Assembly: GCA_041690295.1 (NCBI GenBank)
Contig: JAWLHR010000010.1
Coordinates: 1-64,000 of the forward strand
Length of the DNA: 64,000 nucleotides
Direction of reading: 5' to 3'
DNA from: Bdellovibrionales bacterium
GTDB taxonomy: Bacteria > Bdellovibrionota > Bdellovibrionia > Bdellovibrionales > UBA1609
The notes below the pieces were generated by a model that worked only from the letters and a program-made list of their open reading frames with translations, ran no database searches and was not told the DNA's origin. The position numbers and the translations under genes were made by a program. Of the stretch, positions 28,318 to 38,153 are shown in pieces. Each line of letters begins with the position of its first letter. The first letter of the stretch is position 1.

Positions 28318-29001
28318 TTAATTTTTATTCTTAGGCGGAATCGTGAAAAGGTCCACAATATGATTTTCAACTTTGCGCTTTTCGTCAGAATCCAGAAGGG
28401 ATTTCTTGTAGACTTGCTCCTGGAGATGATCCATGCGCATCTGACTGGTGAAGCAGCCAAACAGAAGGCTCGCCAGAGTGAAGGGGTCCTTCTCCCGATC
28501 CAAGTATCCGGCTTTTTGCCCGTGGCTGATGAAGTTCACGATGGCCGCATGGATTTGCAGATAGCTGTCGCGGAAAATGTCCTGCGCCGGTGAGTGCTGG
28601 CGGTCGTACTCGCGAATGAGAATCAGGCCGGTGTCGCGGTCCTCAAGAAAGAGCTGGAAAAGTTCGTCAATGAACATGCGCAGGCGAAGTTTGTATTCGG
28701 TGACATCGTTGGCGGGTAGCAGCACCCGCTTGGTCATTTGCAAGCTGGTCCGGGCGATCTCCTCGATGCAGGCCCGATAAAGCCCTTCCTTGCTGGAAAA
28801 ATAGTAACTGATCAATGAGGAGTTCAGTCCCGCTTCCTGGGCGATGTCGCGAATGGAGCACCCGCTCAATCCGCGGCGGGCGAATAAATGTCGGGCCGCC
28901 GAAAGTAGGAGCTTTTGCGCGGAAGCGTCGCGTTCAGATGCATTGGCCGCCAGGCGAAGCCGACCCGGACCGTTTTGTTTCTTTCTGGAGCGCGCCTTCA
29001 T
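28318..29001 (-). CDS. TetR/AcrR-family regulator
   Basis: LFARRGLSGCSIRDIAQEAGLNSSLISYYFSSKEGLY helix-turn-helix. Confidence 0.93.
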   Translation of the reverse strand: MKARSRKKQNGPGRLRLAANASERDASAQKLLLSAARHLFARRGLSGCSIRDIAQEAGLNSSLISYYFSSKEGLYRACIEEIARTSLQMTKRVLLPANDVTEYKLRLRMFIDELFQLFLEDRDTGLILIREYDRQHSPAQDIFRDSYLQIHAAIVNFISHGQKAGYLDREKDPFTLASLLFGCFTSQMRMDHLQEQVYKKSLLDSDEKRKVENHIVDLFTIPPKNKN

Positions 29002-29013
29002 CTATTTTCATTA

Positions 29014-29054
29014 TTAATCAGTTGATTAAAAATTTCAATCAATTGATTGAAATT
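29014..29054. promoter_or_regulatory. Two tandem palindromic operators between the divergent TetR gene and fadE
   Basis: ttaatcagttgattaa (29014-29029) and the perfect 24-bp palindrome aatttcaatcaattgattgaaatt (29031-29054). Confidence 0.75.
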
Positions 29055-29099
29055 GATCGGAACGAAGCGTAGACTATAGATATACAGCGGAGGTGTATC

Positions 29100-31634
29100 A
29101 TGGCGGAACTCCCCATGAGCGGTTGGTTGCTTGCCGACTCGTTATTCATCGGTGGTTTGATCGGTACCATCTTGGCCTTTGTTTTCGCGGCCTATTTCGG
29201 CTGGCCACTCTACGTATGGACAGTCTTTGCTCTGGTGGCCATGTGGGGCTACGGCGCGCCTTTAGGGGCCATGATCGCCGTCCTCGCCGTGGCGATGGTT
29301 TTCTTGATTCCGCCTTTGCGCGCGGGACTGGTCTCCTCCGTCGTGATGAAAACCATGAAGGCGTTGCGCCTGATTCCAAAAATCTCAGCCACTGAACGGG
29401 TCGCCCTGGAAGCCGGTGTGGTGTGGATGGAGGCCGAGCTGTTCTCCGGTCACCCCGATTTCAAAAAAATGTTGAATCAGCCGTATTCGAAACTGACTCC
29501 GGAAGAGCAAAGCTTCCTGGACAACGAAGTTCAGGAGCTCTGTGCGATGTGCGACGACTATAAAATGTATCGCACCAAGATCATGCCGCCGGAAGTTTTT
29601 GAATTCATTCGGCGCAAGGGATTCTTGGGCATGATCATCCCCAAGGAATATGGCGGAAAAGGTTTTTCCCATGCGGCACACAGTGCCGTGATTCAAAAAA
29701 TTTCCTCGCGCTCGATCGCGCTGGCCATTTATGTGATGGTGCCGAACTCGTTGGGGCCCGCTGAATTGATCAATCGTTACGGCACCGACGCGCAGAAAAA
29801 GCGGTTTCTCCCGCGTCTGGCCAACGGTGATGAAATTCCCTGTTTCGGTTTGACCGAACCCACGGCGGGAAGTGATGCCGGATCGATCACTTCCGAAGGC
29901 GTTTTGTTCCGCGGCGACGACGGCCGGATTATGATTCGGCTGAATTGGCGCAAACGCTGGATCACTTTGGCGGCGATCTCCACTTTAATTGGTCTGGCTT
30001 TCCGCTTGCGCGACCCGGAAAATCTTTTGGGCCGGGGCGAGGACTTGGGGATCACTTGCGGGCTCATTCCGTCCAATCTTCCCGGTGTCGTGGTTGGACG
30101 CCGGCATGATCCCCTTGGCATTGCTTTCCACAATTGTCCGACCGAAGGCCACGACGTGGTGGTGAACGCGGAAGAAGCCATCATCGGCGGAATCAACGGT
30201 GCCGGCCAAGGTTGGCAGATGTTGATGGAATGTTTGGGCGCGGGACGGGGAATCTCGTTGCCCGGTCAGGCCGCCGGTGGAACCAAACTTTGTGCCCGTG
30301 TGGCGAGCAATCACGCCGCCATTCGTAAGCAGTTCGGATTACCGATTGGTAAATTCGAAGGTGTTGAGGAACCGTTGGCCCGTATCGCCGGTGGGGCGTA
30401 CATGGTCGAGGCCATGCGCAATTACGTCTTAAGCGCGCTCGACCAGCACATTTTCCCGCCGGTCGTGACCGCGATCGCCAAATACAATGCCACGGAAATC
30501 GGCCGGGCGGTGATGAACGATGCCATGGATGTGCTCGGCGGCGCCGGCATTTCGATGGGCCCGAGAAATCTTCTCGCCACGACGTACATCGGTCTTCCCA
30601 TCGGGATCACCGTTGAAGGGGCGAACATTCTCACCCGAACTCTGATGATTTTCGGTCAGGGCGCTTTGCGCGCTCACCCCTATGCCTTTAAAGAAGTGAA
30701 CGCGGTGGAAAAAGGTGATCTGCGCGCGTTCGATGCGGCTTTCTGGGGTCATATCGGACACATCGTGCGAAACCTGGTTCGCGCCATTGTTTTAAGCGTG
30801 ACCCGAGCGCGGTTGGTGCGCACTCCGGTCAGCGGGCCATCTCATCGTTACTTGCAAAAGCTGAGCTGGGTGTCCGCTTCCTTCGCCATCATGGCGGATA
30901 TCTCCATGGGTCTTTTGGGTGGAAAACTTAAAGTGAAGGAGAAGTTGACCGGCCGTTTCGCGGATGTTTTGTCGTGGATGTTCATCGCCACTTCGGTCAT
31001 CAAGCGCTATGAAGAAGAGGGGCGGCGTAAGGAAGACAAGATCTTCCTCGATTACTCGATGGCGGTGGCTTTCCAAAAAATCCAGGACGCCTTTGACGGC
31101 ATCTTCGGCAACATGGATGTGCCTGGTCTCTATTGGTTCTTCAAAGGTCCGCTTCGCTGGTGGTCACGCCTGAATTTTGTCGGGCTCGCGCCGACGGACC
31201 GGCTCACCCACCGGATCGCTTCCGCGCTCTTATACAATGAGGAACAGCGCGATCGAGTCACCCAAGGAATTTTCTTCCCCGTGAAAGAGGGCGAATCATT
31301 GGTTCGTCTGGAGCGGACTTACCAAACGATCCGCGCGGCCGAAGCCGTGGACAAGAAAATCCGCGCCGCCGTGCTCGCCAAGCAGTTGAATAAAAAATCG
31401 AAGACCTTGCTCGACGACGCTCTGAAAGCGGGAGTGATCACCGCGGACGAGCGGGAATTGATGGCCAAGGCCGAGCGCGAGCGATGGGACGCCATTCAAG
31501 TCGACGATTACAGCCAAGAGGAATATCTCGCGGGGGAAGCGCCCAAGTACAGTTCGCCAAGCTCCGGCGCCGGCGGACCGGGAACTTCTTCACGCACGGC
31601 CGGATACCCGGTGTCGGCTTCACAAAAAGCTTAG
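29100..31634 (+). CDS. fadE: Long-chain acyl-CoA dehydrogenase FadE
   Basis: N-terminal TMs; MVPNSLGPAEL, CFGLTEPTAGSDAGS and ITVEGANILTRTLMIFGQGALRAHPY motifs. Confidence 0.95.
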   Translation: MAELPMSGWLLADSLFIGGLIGTILAFVFAAYFGWPLYVWTVFALVAMWGYGAPLGAMIAVLAVAMVFLIPPLRAGLVSSVVMKTMKALRLIPKISATERVALEAGVVWMEAELFSGHPDFKKMLNQPYSKLTPEEQSFLDNEVQELCAMCDDYKMYRTKIMPPEVFEFIRRKGFLGMIIPKEYGGKGFSHAAHSAVIQKISSRSIALAIYVMVPNSLGPAELINRYGTDAQKKRFLPRLANGDEIPCFGLTEPTAGSDAGSITSEGVLFRGDDGRIMIRLNWRKRWITLAAISTLIGLAFRLRDPENLLGRGEDLGITCGLIPSNLPGVVVGRRHDPLGIAFHNCPTEGHDVVVNAEEAIIGGINGAGQGWQMLMECLGAGRGISLPGQAAGGTKLCARVASNHAAIRKQFGLPIGKFEGVEEPLARIAGGAYMVEAMRNYVLSALDQHIFPPVVTAIAKYNATEIGRAVMNDAMDVLGGAGISMGPRNLLATTYIGLPIGITVEGANILTRTLMIFGQGALRAHPYAFKEVNAVEKGDLRAFDAAFWGHIGHIVRNLVRAIVLSVTRARLVRTPVSGPSHRYLQKLSWVSASFAIMADISMGLLGGKLKVKEKLTGRFADVLSWMFIATSVIKRYEEEGRRKEDKIFLDYSMAVAFQKIQDAFDGIFGNMDVPGLYWFFKGPLRWWSRLNFVGLAPTDRLTHRIASALLYNEEQRDRVTQGIFFPVKEGESLVRLERTYQTIRAAEAVDKKIRAAVLAKQLNKKSKTLLDDALKAGVITADERELMAKAERERWDAIQVDDYSQEEYLAGEAPKYSSPSSGAGGPGTSSRTAGYPVSASQKA

Positions 31635-31639
31635 AGACG

Positions 31640-32059
31640 TTAATTCGAGGGCGTGACTTTTTGACCGCGCCCTCTTTTTTTGCCTTTGGTGTAAAACTCA
31701 CCCTCGACGATTTTGAAGCGCAGTTTGCCCGACTTTGAACTTCCAAAAGCCGGATTGTCCCTGGGCGGTGGCGGCGGCGGAGGAGGCTGCTGCTGTTGCG
31801 GCATGATTTGTTGTGTGGGTGTTCCCGCGCCCGGAGGAGTAGGTGGCGGCGGTGGTGGAGAAAAATTCTCATCGCCGAGTTCCTCATCTTCAATCTCATC
31901 ATACTCCGGTGGTTCCATCGGCGGAGGCGCGAAACGATAATCGCCTTCCTGCTGTTGGGCCGGGACGCGCGCGGGGCGGCCCCGTCGCTTACGATAGCGC
32001 TGGGCTGAAGCCTCAAAGACGAATGATATCAAAATGAGACAGACAATTATGGCGCGCAT
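31640..32059 (-). CDS. Secreted proline-rich low-complexity protein
   Basis: Signal peptide; acidic tract and poly-Pro/Gln runs. Confidence 0.65.
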   Translation of the reverse strand: MRAIIVCLILISFVFEASAQRYRKRRGRPARVPAQQQEGDYRFAPPPMEPPEYDEIEDEELGDENFSPPPPPPTPPGAGTPTQQIMPQQQQPPPPPPPPRDNPAFGSSKSGKLRFKIVEGEFYTKGKKRGRGQKVTPSN

Positions 32060-32088
32060 GTTTCATCCTCGCATTTTTAACAAAAAAA

Positions 32089-33882
32089 ATGAACCCGACG
32101 CCTCGGACTTTGGACCAAAACGAGTCCAGTCAATATCACGCGGATATGTATATGGTACGAAAAGACGGTATGAGCACCGCTCCGAAGCTTTCGGCCATTG
32201 GCTCCGATCATGGGCAAATTGTGTCCCTGTTAAAGAGCTTTCATATTTTGTCCTCTCTGCCGGACCAGATGATCAACCATCTGGCGCAAGCGGCGAGAGT
32301 CATTGAACTTCCTCAGGACTCGGAGCTTCTGGCGCAAAACCAATCCAATGAACATCTTTACTTCCTCATCGAGGGAAAACTTGGAGTGTACGTGGATGGC
32401 GGACGGGTATCGACGTTGCAAAACTCCGGGGATCTCGTCGGTGAAATGAGCGTGATCACCAACAAGCCGTCGAGCGCCACGATTATTTCCGAAACGGACG
32501 CCAAGCTGGTTCGTATCGATTCCCAGGTCTTCACTAAAGTGCAGGGCCCCGACAGGGAGCTTTATCTTTACACTCTTTACCGGATTTATGCGACGGTACT
32601 CGCTGAAAAACTCGCGGCGACGAATCAGAAAGCCAAAAGGTTCGAGGAACTTTCGCACAATCTCGAAAAGAAAGTGGAAGAACGCACGCAGAAACTGGAG
32701 CAGCAAAACGCCGAGCTCTTGGCGTCGAAGAACAAGATGGAAGAACTTTTGAACGCCAGGACGGTGGTTCTTCGTAAACTCAATGAACTCAATGAAAATC
32801 AACTGGTGCCGCTGAAAAATTACCTCGATGAATTCCGGCGCCAGCATCCGGACGATGTCTCGGCCGATCAACTGCGCAAGTCACTGTTCGAGGCGCAGGC
32901 GCTCATCGCTCCGATCGCCGAGCAGTACTCCTCCGAGCAAATCATTCAGAGCAAACGGGTGTTACTCGCCGACACCAATAAAAAACAGCAAGTCATCGCC
33001 AAAATGGCGCTTGGCGGAACCGGCGTGATTCTGGATATGGTGTCAACGGTGGAAGAAGGCGCGGCGAAGCTAAGCGAGTGCGATTACGATCTGATCGTAT
33101 TTGATCCGCCCAACATCGAACTCGCCAATCTCGCCAACCAAAAGAACATCCAAACCGTTTTGATGACCTCCGATCAAGTGCCGAATTATCTTCCGGCCTT
33201 GAAAAAACTGTCCGTGATTCCCGCCGTGGTCTCGCGCAATGATGTGGATCGTACGTTCACGGTGAAGAACATCGTCACCACCGTCACCAAGATTTTGTCG
33301 CGCGACATTTTCGGCATCGAAAAATATCTGAGTTGGGGCGTGGACGTGCAGACCTTGCCCGTGGTTTCAAGCAAACAGCGCGCTGAGGTCACCGCTCAGG
33401 TGATTCAATATTTCGAGAAGCTGGGAGTTCGTCGCGCCAATCGTGACCGCATTGCCACGGTTCTCGAAGAAATGCTGATGAACGCGATTTACGATGCGCC
33501 CGTCGATCATGAAGGCAAACCCATCTACAATCATCTGTCCCGGACAGTGGAACTCACCTTGAAGCCCGAACAGCAAGGTATTGTGCGCTTCGCGACGGAC
33601 GGAATGCTGATTGGTGTTTCGGTTCGTGACCCGTTCGGCAGTTTCAACGGATCGACGCTGCTTCGTTACCTTGAGGCCAATTACGCCGGAAGCGCCCAAG
33701 ATTTAAATGCCAAAGAAGGTAAGGGTGGGGCCGGCCGCGGCCTTCATCAAATCGTTGAAAACTCGGACCTTGTGGTCTTTAACATCGAGCCCAAAAAGCG
33801 AACCGAGGTGATCGCCCTTTTCAACGTGGAAGTGAAAGAAAAGATCGACCACACGCCCTCATTTCACCTTTTCGTCGCCTAG
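32089..33882 (+). CDS. Cyclic-nucleotide-binding signalling protein (cNMP, coiled coil, degenerate receiver, HATPase-like)
   Basis: GDLVGEMS in the cNMP domain; EEMLMNAIYDA, VRDPFGS and GAGRGL in an anti-sigma-like ATPase fold. Confidence 0.75.
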   Translation: MNPTPRTLDQNESSQYHADMYMVRKDGMSTAPKLSAIGSDHGQIVSLLKSFHILSSLPDQMINHLAQAARVIELPQDSELLAQNQSNEHLYFLIEGKLGVYVDGGRVSTLQNSGDLVGEMSVITNKPSSATIISETDAKLVRIDSQVFTKVQGPDRELYLYTLYRIYATVLAEKLAATNQKAKRFEELSHNLEKKVEERTQKLEQQNAELLASKNKMEELLNARTVVLRKLNELNENQLVPLKNYLDEFRRQHPDDVSADQLRKSLFEAQALIAPIAEQYSSEQIIQSKRVLLADTNKKQQVIAKMALGGTGVILDMVSTVEEGAAKLSECDYDLIVFDPPNIELANLANQKNIQTVLMTSDQVPNYLPALKKLSVIPAVVSRNDVDRTFTVKNIVTTVTKILSRDIFGIEKYLSWGVDVQTLPVVSSKQRAEVTAQVIQYFEKLGVRRANRDRIATVLEEMLMNAIYDAPVDHEGKPIYNHLSRTVELTLKPEQQGIVRFATDGMLIGVSVRDPFGSFNGSTLLRYLEANYAGSAQDLNAKEGKGGAGRGLHQIVENSDLVVFNIEPKKRTEVIALFNVEVKEKIDHTPSFHLFVA

Positions 33883-33994
33883 GCTTTCCGTTTTCTATTT
33901 CTAAGTATTTGGAATTACGAGGTTATTTTTCATTTGCGCAAACCCGCCACGGAATGTTAAGTACTTGGATTCCTTAAAAACGTGAGATGAGAGT

Positions 33995-34240
33995 ATGAAA
34001 AAAGACCTTCACCCTGAATTCCGTCCGGTAGTTTTCAAAGACGTTTCCTGTGACTGGGAACTTTTGACCATGTCCACCATCAAAGCCAAAGAAACCATCA
34101 AGTGGCAGGATGGAAACGAATATCCCTTGGTGAAGATCGATATCTCCAGCGCCAGCCATCCGTTTTACACTGGAAAACAGCGTTTGATCGACGCTGAAGG
34201 CCGGGCTGAGAAGTTCCGCAAGAAATACGGCAAAAAATAA
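33995..34240 (+). CDS. rpmE2: 50S ribosomal protein L31 type B
   Basis: [16 protein letters not shown]...[14 protein letters not shown]; no CxxC motifs. Confidence 0.95.
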   Translation: MKKDLHPEFRPVVFKDVSCDWELLTMSTIKAKETIKWQDGNEYPLVKIDISSASHPFYTGKQRLIDAEGRAEKFRKKYGKK

Positions 34241-35092
34241 TTGAGCTCCGGCGCCCTTTATATTCTGGCCTCGGTCACCTGCTTTTCGCTGGTGAATCTG
34301 TTGGTGAAGTGGCTGTCCCATCTGCCATTCGAGCAACTGGTTTTCTGGCGCGGGCTTCTGTGCCTTTGGTTTTCTTACCTCATCTTGAAAGCCAAAAAGA
34401 TTCCCGTTTGGGGAAACAACAAGAAGATGCTCATCTTCAGGGGTGTGGCGGGAACTTTCGCTCTCTGTTTTTATTTCTATAGTCTTCAGAACATGCCGCT
34501 GGCTTCGGCGGTCACCATCCAGTACCTGGCGCCGATTTTCACCGTGGTGATCGCCGGCACCTTCTTCGGCGAGAAGGTGGAAGCCAGGCATTGGTTGAGC
34601 GCTCTCGTGGGATTCGCGGGCGTGTGGGTGATTCAAGGTTTTGATAATCGGGTGAGTGCCTTTGACGCCACAATGGGTGTCATGGGCGCCATATCGTCCG
34701 CGCTGGCGTACAACTCCGTTCGCAATCTGAAGGATACGGATAACGAGTGGGTGGTGATCTTTTACTTTCCGTTGATCGCGTCCATTGTGACGGCGCCGTT
34801 CGCGATTCGATCCTGGGTTTGGCCGACCGGTTGGGATTGGGCCGGTATTTTGGCGCTTGGTCTTCTTGTGCAGATCGCGCAACTCTTTCTGACCCGCGGT
34901 TTTTCTCGCGATAAGGCCAGCCGGGTGGCTTCCGTGAATTATGTGGGAGTGGTTTTAGCCGTGATCTACGGATTTTTGTTCTTTGATGAGAGTTTGTCGT
35001 TGGCGATGGTGACTGGAATCGGGCTGATTTTAGTGAGCGTGGGATTGTCGGCTCGTCGGAAAATAAAACGGGTTCAGGAAAGCCGCGGTTAA
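34241..35092 (+). CDS. DMT/EamA-family transporter
   Basis: About 10 TM helices; MPLASAVTIQYLAPIF and FFGEKV motifs. Confidence 0.9.
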   Translation: MSSGALYILASVTCFSLVNLLVKWLSHLPFEQLVFWRGLLCLWFSYLILKAKKIPVWGNNKKMLIFRGVAGTFALCFYFYSLQNMPLASAVTIQYLAPIFTVVIAGTFFGEKVEARHWLSALVGFAGVWVIQGFDNRVSAFDATMGVMGAISSALAYNSVRNLKDTDNEWVVIFYFPLIASIVTAPFAIRSWVWPTGWDWAGILALGLLVQIAQLFLTRGFSRDKASRVASVNYVGVVLAVIYGFLFFDESLSLAMVTGIGLILVSVGLSARRKIKRVQESRG

Positions 35093-35115
35093 ACACCGCC
35101 CGACCGGGCGGTGTT
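35092..35115. terminator. Hairpin between convergent genes
   Basis: aacaccgccc-gacc-gggcggtgtt, a 10-bp stem. Confidence 0.6.
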
Positions 35116-35120
35116 CGCCA

Positions 35121-36137
35121 TTAGAAGGGGAGATAGGCCACCCAAATTTTGGTTCCCGCTTTGGGAGGATAGCTGAAGGTGATGGTTTGGCCTTCAACCG
35201 TCCATTGCAAGTTGGGATCGAACGGGATCATTTTCAACTGGATGGTGCTCGGATTCGGCATGACTTTCAAGGTGATCGATTTCACCGCTTCACGAACACG
35301 GTTACCGATGCTGGCGAGCGTGGGGCCGTAGTCATCGTCACAGATACTGCCCGTCAAACCCTGAGTTAACAGGGCGAGCGCGCTCGCGTAGGTCCCGTAG
35401 TTACCGCCGTTGGCTTGTTGCCGGTTGTAGCAAGTCGAATCTCCGGGTTTAATCACGATCCCGAACGCCGTAAAAGTTTTATTAACTCCAAAAGCGGATT
35501 TGACCGTGTTCACCACATCCGTGGCGCTCGTGCCCGATCCGGTGCTGCGTTCGTCCTCGTCGGAAAGAATAATCGTGGCCAGATCCGCGCCATCGCGGAA
35601 GAATCCCGCGTTGTCGCCATTGCGTTTGGAAATGGCCAGGGTGATCGCTTCAAGGGGACGTTCATCAGCCGAGGGGCAATCAGTGTCCTTACAGTTCACG
35701 AGTTCATCCCGCACGACCGTGTTGGCGAAGACTTGGGCGTAGTTCGGAGTCGCAGCGGTCAGGATTTTTCCTGAAGCGCCTTTGAGCGGCAAGAGAGATC
35801 CTTTGACTCCGTGTTGGCCGTCACTGACGTCGGTGGTGGTAAAACCAATTTGCCAGTCGATTTTGGCGATCATGCTGAGAAAGCTGTTGAGCGCCGGTGC
35901 CAGTTTCATTTGCTCATCGAGCATTGAACGGGAGTTGTCGACGACAAATAATATGTCGACTTTGGCGCGGGTGTCTTGATCGCTGAATCCGAACGTTTCA
36001 AGGATTCCGCCGGGAGGCGCCTCCAATCCTTGATTGAAATTTGGATCCGGCGTGAACGCCACATCCGAACATGCGGTCGCCCATACCGCCGTACTTAGCA
36101 GCATTCCTCTAAAAATTGGTTTGATAAACGTTTTCAT
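35121..36137 (-). CDS. vWA-domain lipoprotein
   Basis: Lipobox-like ATAC; DILFVVDNSRSM (MIDAS), IILSDEDE and GSIC..DY motifs. Confidence 0.82.
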   Translation of the reverse strand: MKTFIKPIFRGMLLSTAVWATACSDVAFTPDPNFNQGLEAPPGGILETFGFSDQDTRAKVDILFVVDNSRSMLDEQMKLAPALNSFLSMIAKIDWQIGFTTTDVSDGQHGVKGSLLPLKGASGKILTAATPNYAQVFANTVVRDELVNCKDTDCPSADERPLEAITLAISKRNGDNAGFFRDGADLATIILSDEDERSTGSGTSATDVVNTVKSAFGVNKTFTAFGIVIKPGDSTCYNRQQANGGNYGTYASALALLTQGLTGSICDDDYGPTLASIGNRVREAVKSITLKVMPNPSTIQLKMIPFDPNLQWTVEGQTITFSYPPKAGTKIWVAYLPF

Positions 36138-36168
36138 AAACGCCCACCTTTTCTTTACAGGCAGGTGT

Positions 36169-36184
36169 CGCAAGTTCCAGGCCC
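36169..36184 (-). promoter_or_regulatory. Possible sigma54 promoter for the vWA lipoprotein gene
   Basis: GGGCCTGGAACTTGCG fits GG-N10-GC with TTGC. Confidence 0.35.
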
Positions 36185-36540
36185 CGAACTGGACTCGATC
36201 TAGGTCCTAATGATGCGCGGCAAGTTTTTGAAATCAGTGATCGTTCTAATTTTGATTCGGATTTCGAATTTAATGAATTTTGATTAGTGATTGATAATCG
36301 CAAACTGGTGCTGCGATTTTCAAAAAAATTTGGCGCACAACTTTTCGACGGAATTTGTTTTTTCCCATCGCGGTTGGATCCACCTTCTTGTTTTTTTGAC
36401 AAAATTTTTTGCAAAAAGGCTTTTCATATATAAGTCGGAGCGCTGAACGGGTTTGCCGGAAGATCAAGATTGTTTGGACTTTGATCGAGATTGTCGACGG
36501 AATCTTTGTTTTCGCCCGCGAATGACCGATCCATTTTGAG

Positions 36541-37185
36541 ATGACATTCCGATGGGTACACATGCTATTGCCGATCGCCGTGGCTTGGCCGTTGGGGGCG
36601 TCCGGCGTGAAATCCAGTGATTCGCTTGTGTTCACCGCGCCTTTACGAATCCGGTATTACACCCGCGCTTCGAGTTTTCACGTCGAATTCGCCTGGCGCT
36701 ATGAATCCTTTAAAACGGCCCGTCCCGATGAGGAATTTGTTTTGGAGTTTTCGCCGGACGCGAATTTTCAAAAAATCGTCATGCGCGAGTTTCTCATCGG
36801 CGGAAACTCCATGTCCGTTCCCGTAAGCGCGCCCCAGTCCCTCTATTATCGGCTTCGGGACAAATCGGGAAACTACAGCGCGATCAAACGGCTTGAAGTG
36901 GTTTCGCCGACCGCGCCGGAAATTCTGTCCGTGGATCGCGGCTCCAACGCCTCGGTGAAGCTCCAATTGGCTCCCCCCGGCGTTTACGTTAAACATCAAA
37001 TTCAAATCGCCACGAATCCTGAGTTTTCAAATCCCGTTTTTGATCGCCACTCCACGGTGCCCCAAGTTTTCGCCGAGCTAAAGCCCGGCCGGTATTTCGT
37101 GAGAGCCCGAAATGTGATTGAGATCGATCACGCGCTCAGTGATTGGGGACGGCCCCGAATGATCGCCGTCCCTCCCAATCCCTAA
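36541..37185 (+). CDS. Exported protein with two FN3/Ig-like domains
   Basis: Repeated LEFSPDANF/IQIATNPEF and YYRLR/YFVRAR..SDW patterns. Confidence 0.6.
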   Translation: MTFRWVHMLLPIAVAWPLGASGVKSSDSLVFTAPLRIRYYTRASSFHVEFAWRYESFKTARPDEEFVLEFSPDANFQKIVMREFLIGGNSMSVPVSAPQSLYYRLRDKSGNYSAIKRLEVVSPTAPEILSVDRGSNASVKLQLAPPGVYVKHQIQIATNPEFSNPVFDRHSTVPQVFAELKPGRYFVRARNVIEIDHALSDWGRPRMIAVPPNP

Positions 37186-38153
37186 GAACTGCCCCACTAG
37201 CCTGCAGAAAATAATGGCGAGAATTTTGCCCTTAACCACCGGGCATGCGACCAAGCTGCCCCTATTGTAACTCATCCCCAGACATGTCCGATCGCCGGAT
37301 GCGTATTCTGAAAGCCGGATTTTTCCGCCGAACCTCCGACGGAAAAAGAGTGCGAAGATTTTATTGCGTTAGCTGCTCTAGATACTTTTCCCGTGCCACC
37401 TTTCACCCCTGCTTTAGGCAAAAAAAGCGCCACCTCAATCACCGCATCAACAAACTTTTAGCTTCAAGCGTTTCCCAGCGCCGAATCGCAAAACTGCTTC
37501 ACATTTCCCGAACCACGGTTGAACGAAAGTTTCTTTTTCTGGGCCAAAAAGCAGTGCATGAACTTGAACATCAAAACAAATCCAGTCCCCTGGCCACTGT
37601 TGTTGAATTTGATGAGCTTGAAACCTTCGAGCACACAAAGTGTAAACCGCTTTCCGTTCCGCTAGCCGTTGAATCAAAAACCAGAAGAATCTTAGGCTTC
37701 CAAGTGGCCCAGATGCCGGCCAAAGGAAAGCTCGCCCGTATCTCACGTAAAAAATATGGACCAAGACCAGACTTCAGGCCAAAAGCATTGAGTGATCTTT
37801 GTGAGAGTTTAAAGCCACTCACCACACCCGATGTGCAATTCAAATCCGATCAAAATCCAATGTATCCGGAAATCTTAAGACGTCACTTTCCTTTAAACCC
37901 ACACGAGCGCTTTAAAGGGCAAAGAGGTTCGATTGTCGGACAGGGGGAGTTAAAGAAGATCCGATTTGATCCGCTTTTTAGCTTGAATCACACGTGTGCG
38001 ATGCTTCGAGCCAATATCAATAGGCTAGTGCGGAAGACTTGGTGCACAACGAAAGTTCCGCATAGATTGCGCCTCCATCTCGCCATCTATGCGGTTTATC
38101 ACAATAATATGATTCGGGCTGGGCCTTCAGGTGCAGGCTAGTGGGGCAGTTCT
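37185..38153 (+). mobile_element. Complete ~969-bp IS1-like insertion sequence with 22-bp perfect terminal IRs
   Basis: IRL agaactgccccactagcctgca (37185-37206) and IRR tgcaggctagtggggcagttct (38132-38153); a second copy lies at 1-228. Confidence 0.92.
37245..38141 (+). CDS. IS1-like transposase (Zn ribbon, HTH, DDE-type domain) in a single ORF
   Basis: CPYC...CVSC, SQRRIAKLLHISRTTV, FDELETF, KSD and RLVRKTWCTTK motifs; the stop codon lies inside IRR. Confidence 0.88.
   Translation: MRPSCPYCNSSPDMSDRRMRILKAGFFRRTSDGKRVRRFYCVSCSRYFSRATFHPCFRQKKRHLNHRINKLLASSVSQRRIAKLLHISRTTVERKFLFLGQKAVHELEHQNKSSPLATVVEFDELETFEHTKCKPLSVPLAVESKTRRILGFQVAQMPAKGKLARISRKKYGPRPDFRPKALSDLCESLKPLTTPDVQFKSDQNPMYPEILRRHFPLNPHERFKGQRGSIVGQGELKKIRFDPLFSLNHTCAMLRANINRLVRKTWCTTKVPHRLRLHLAIYAVYHNNMIRAGPSGAG

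Noticed and set aside
33974..34882. 302-aa minus-strand ORF
   Set aside because: It is a shadow of the L31 and DMT transporter genes.
36190..36540. ncRNA or small genes in the AT-rich intergenic region
   Set aside because: No recognisable RNA structure or credible ORF; it is consistent with a divergent promoter region.
1..38153. Composite transposon bounded by the two IS copies
   Set aside because: The intervening 37 kb holds core genes (greA, mutM, rpsD, L31), and the two copies have diverged.
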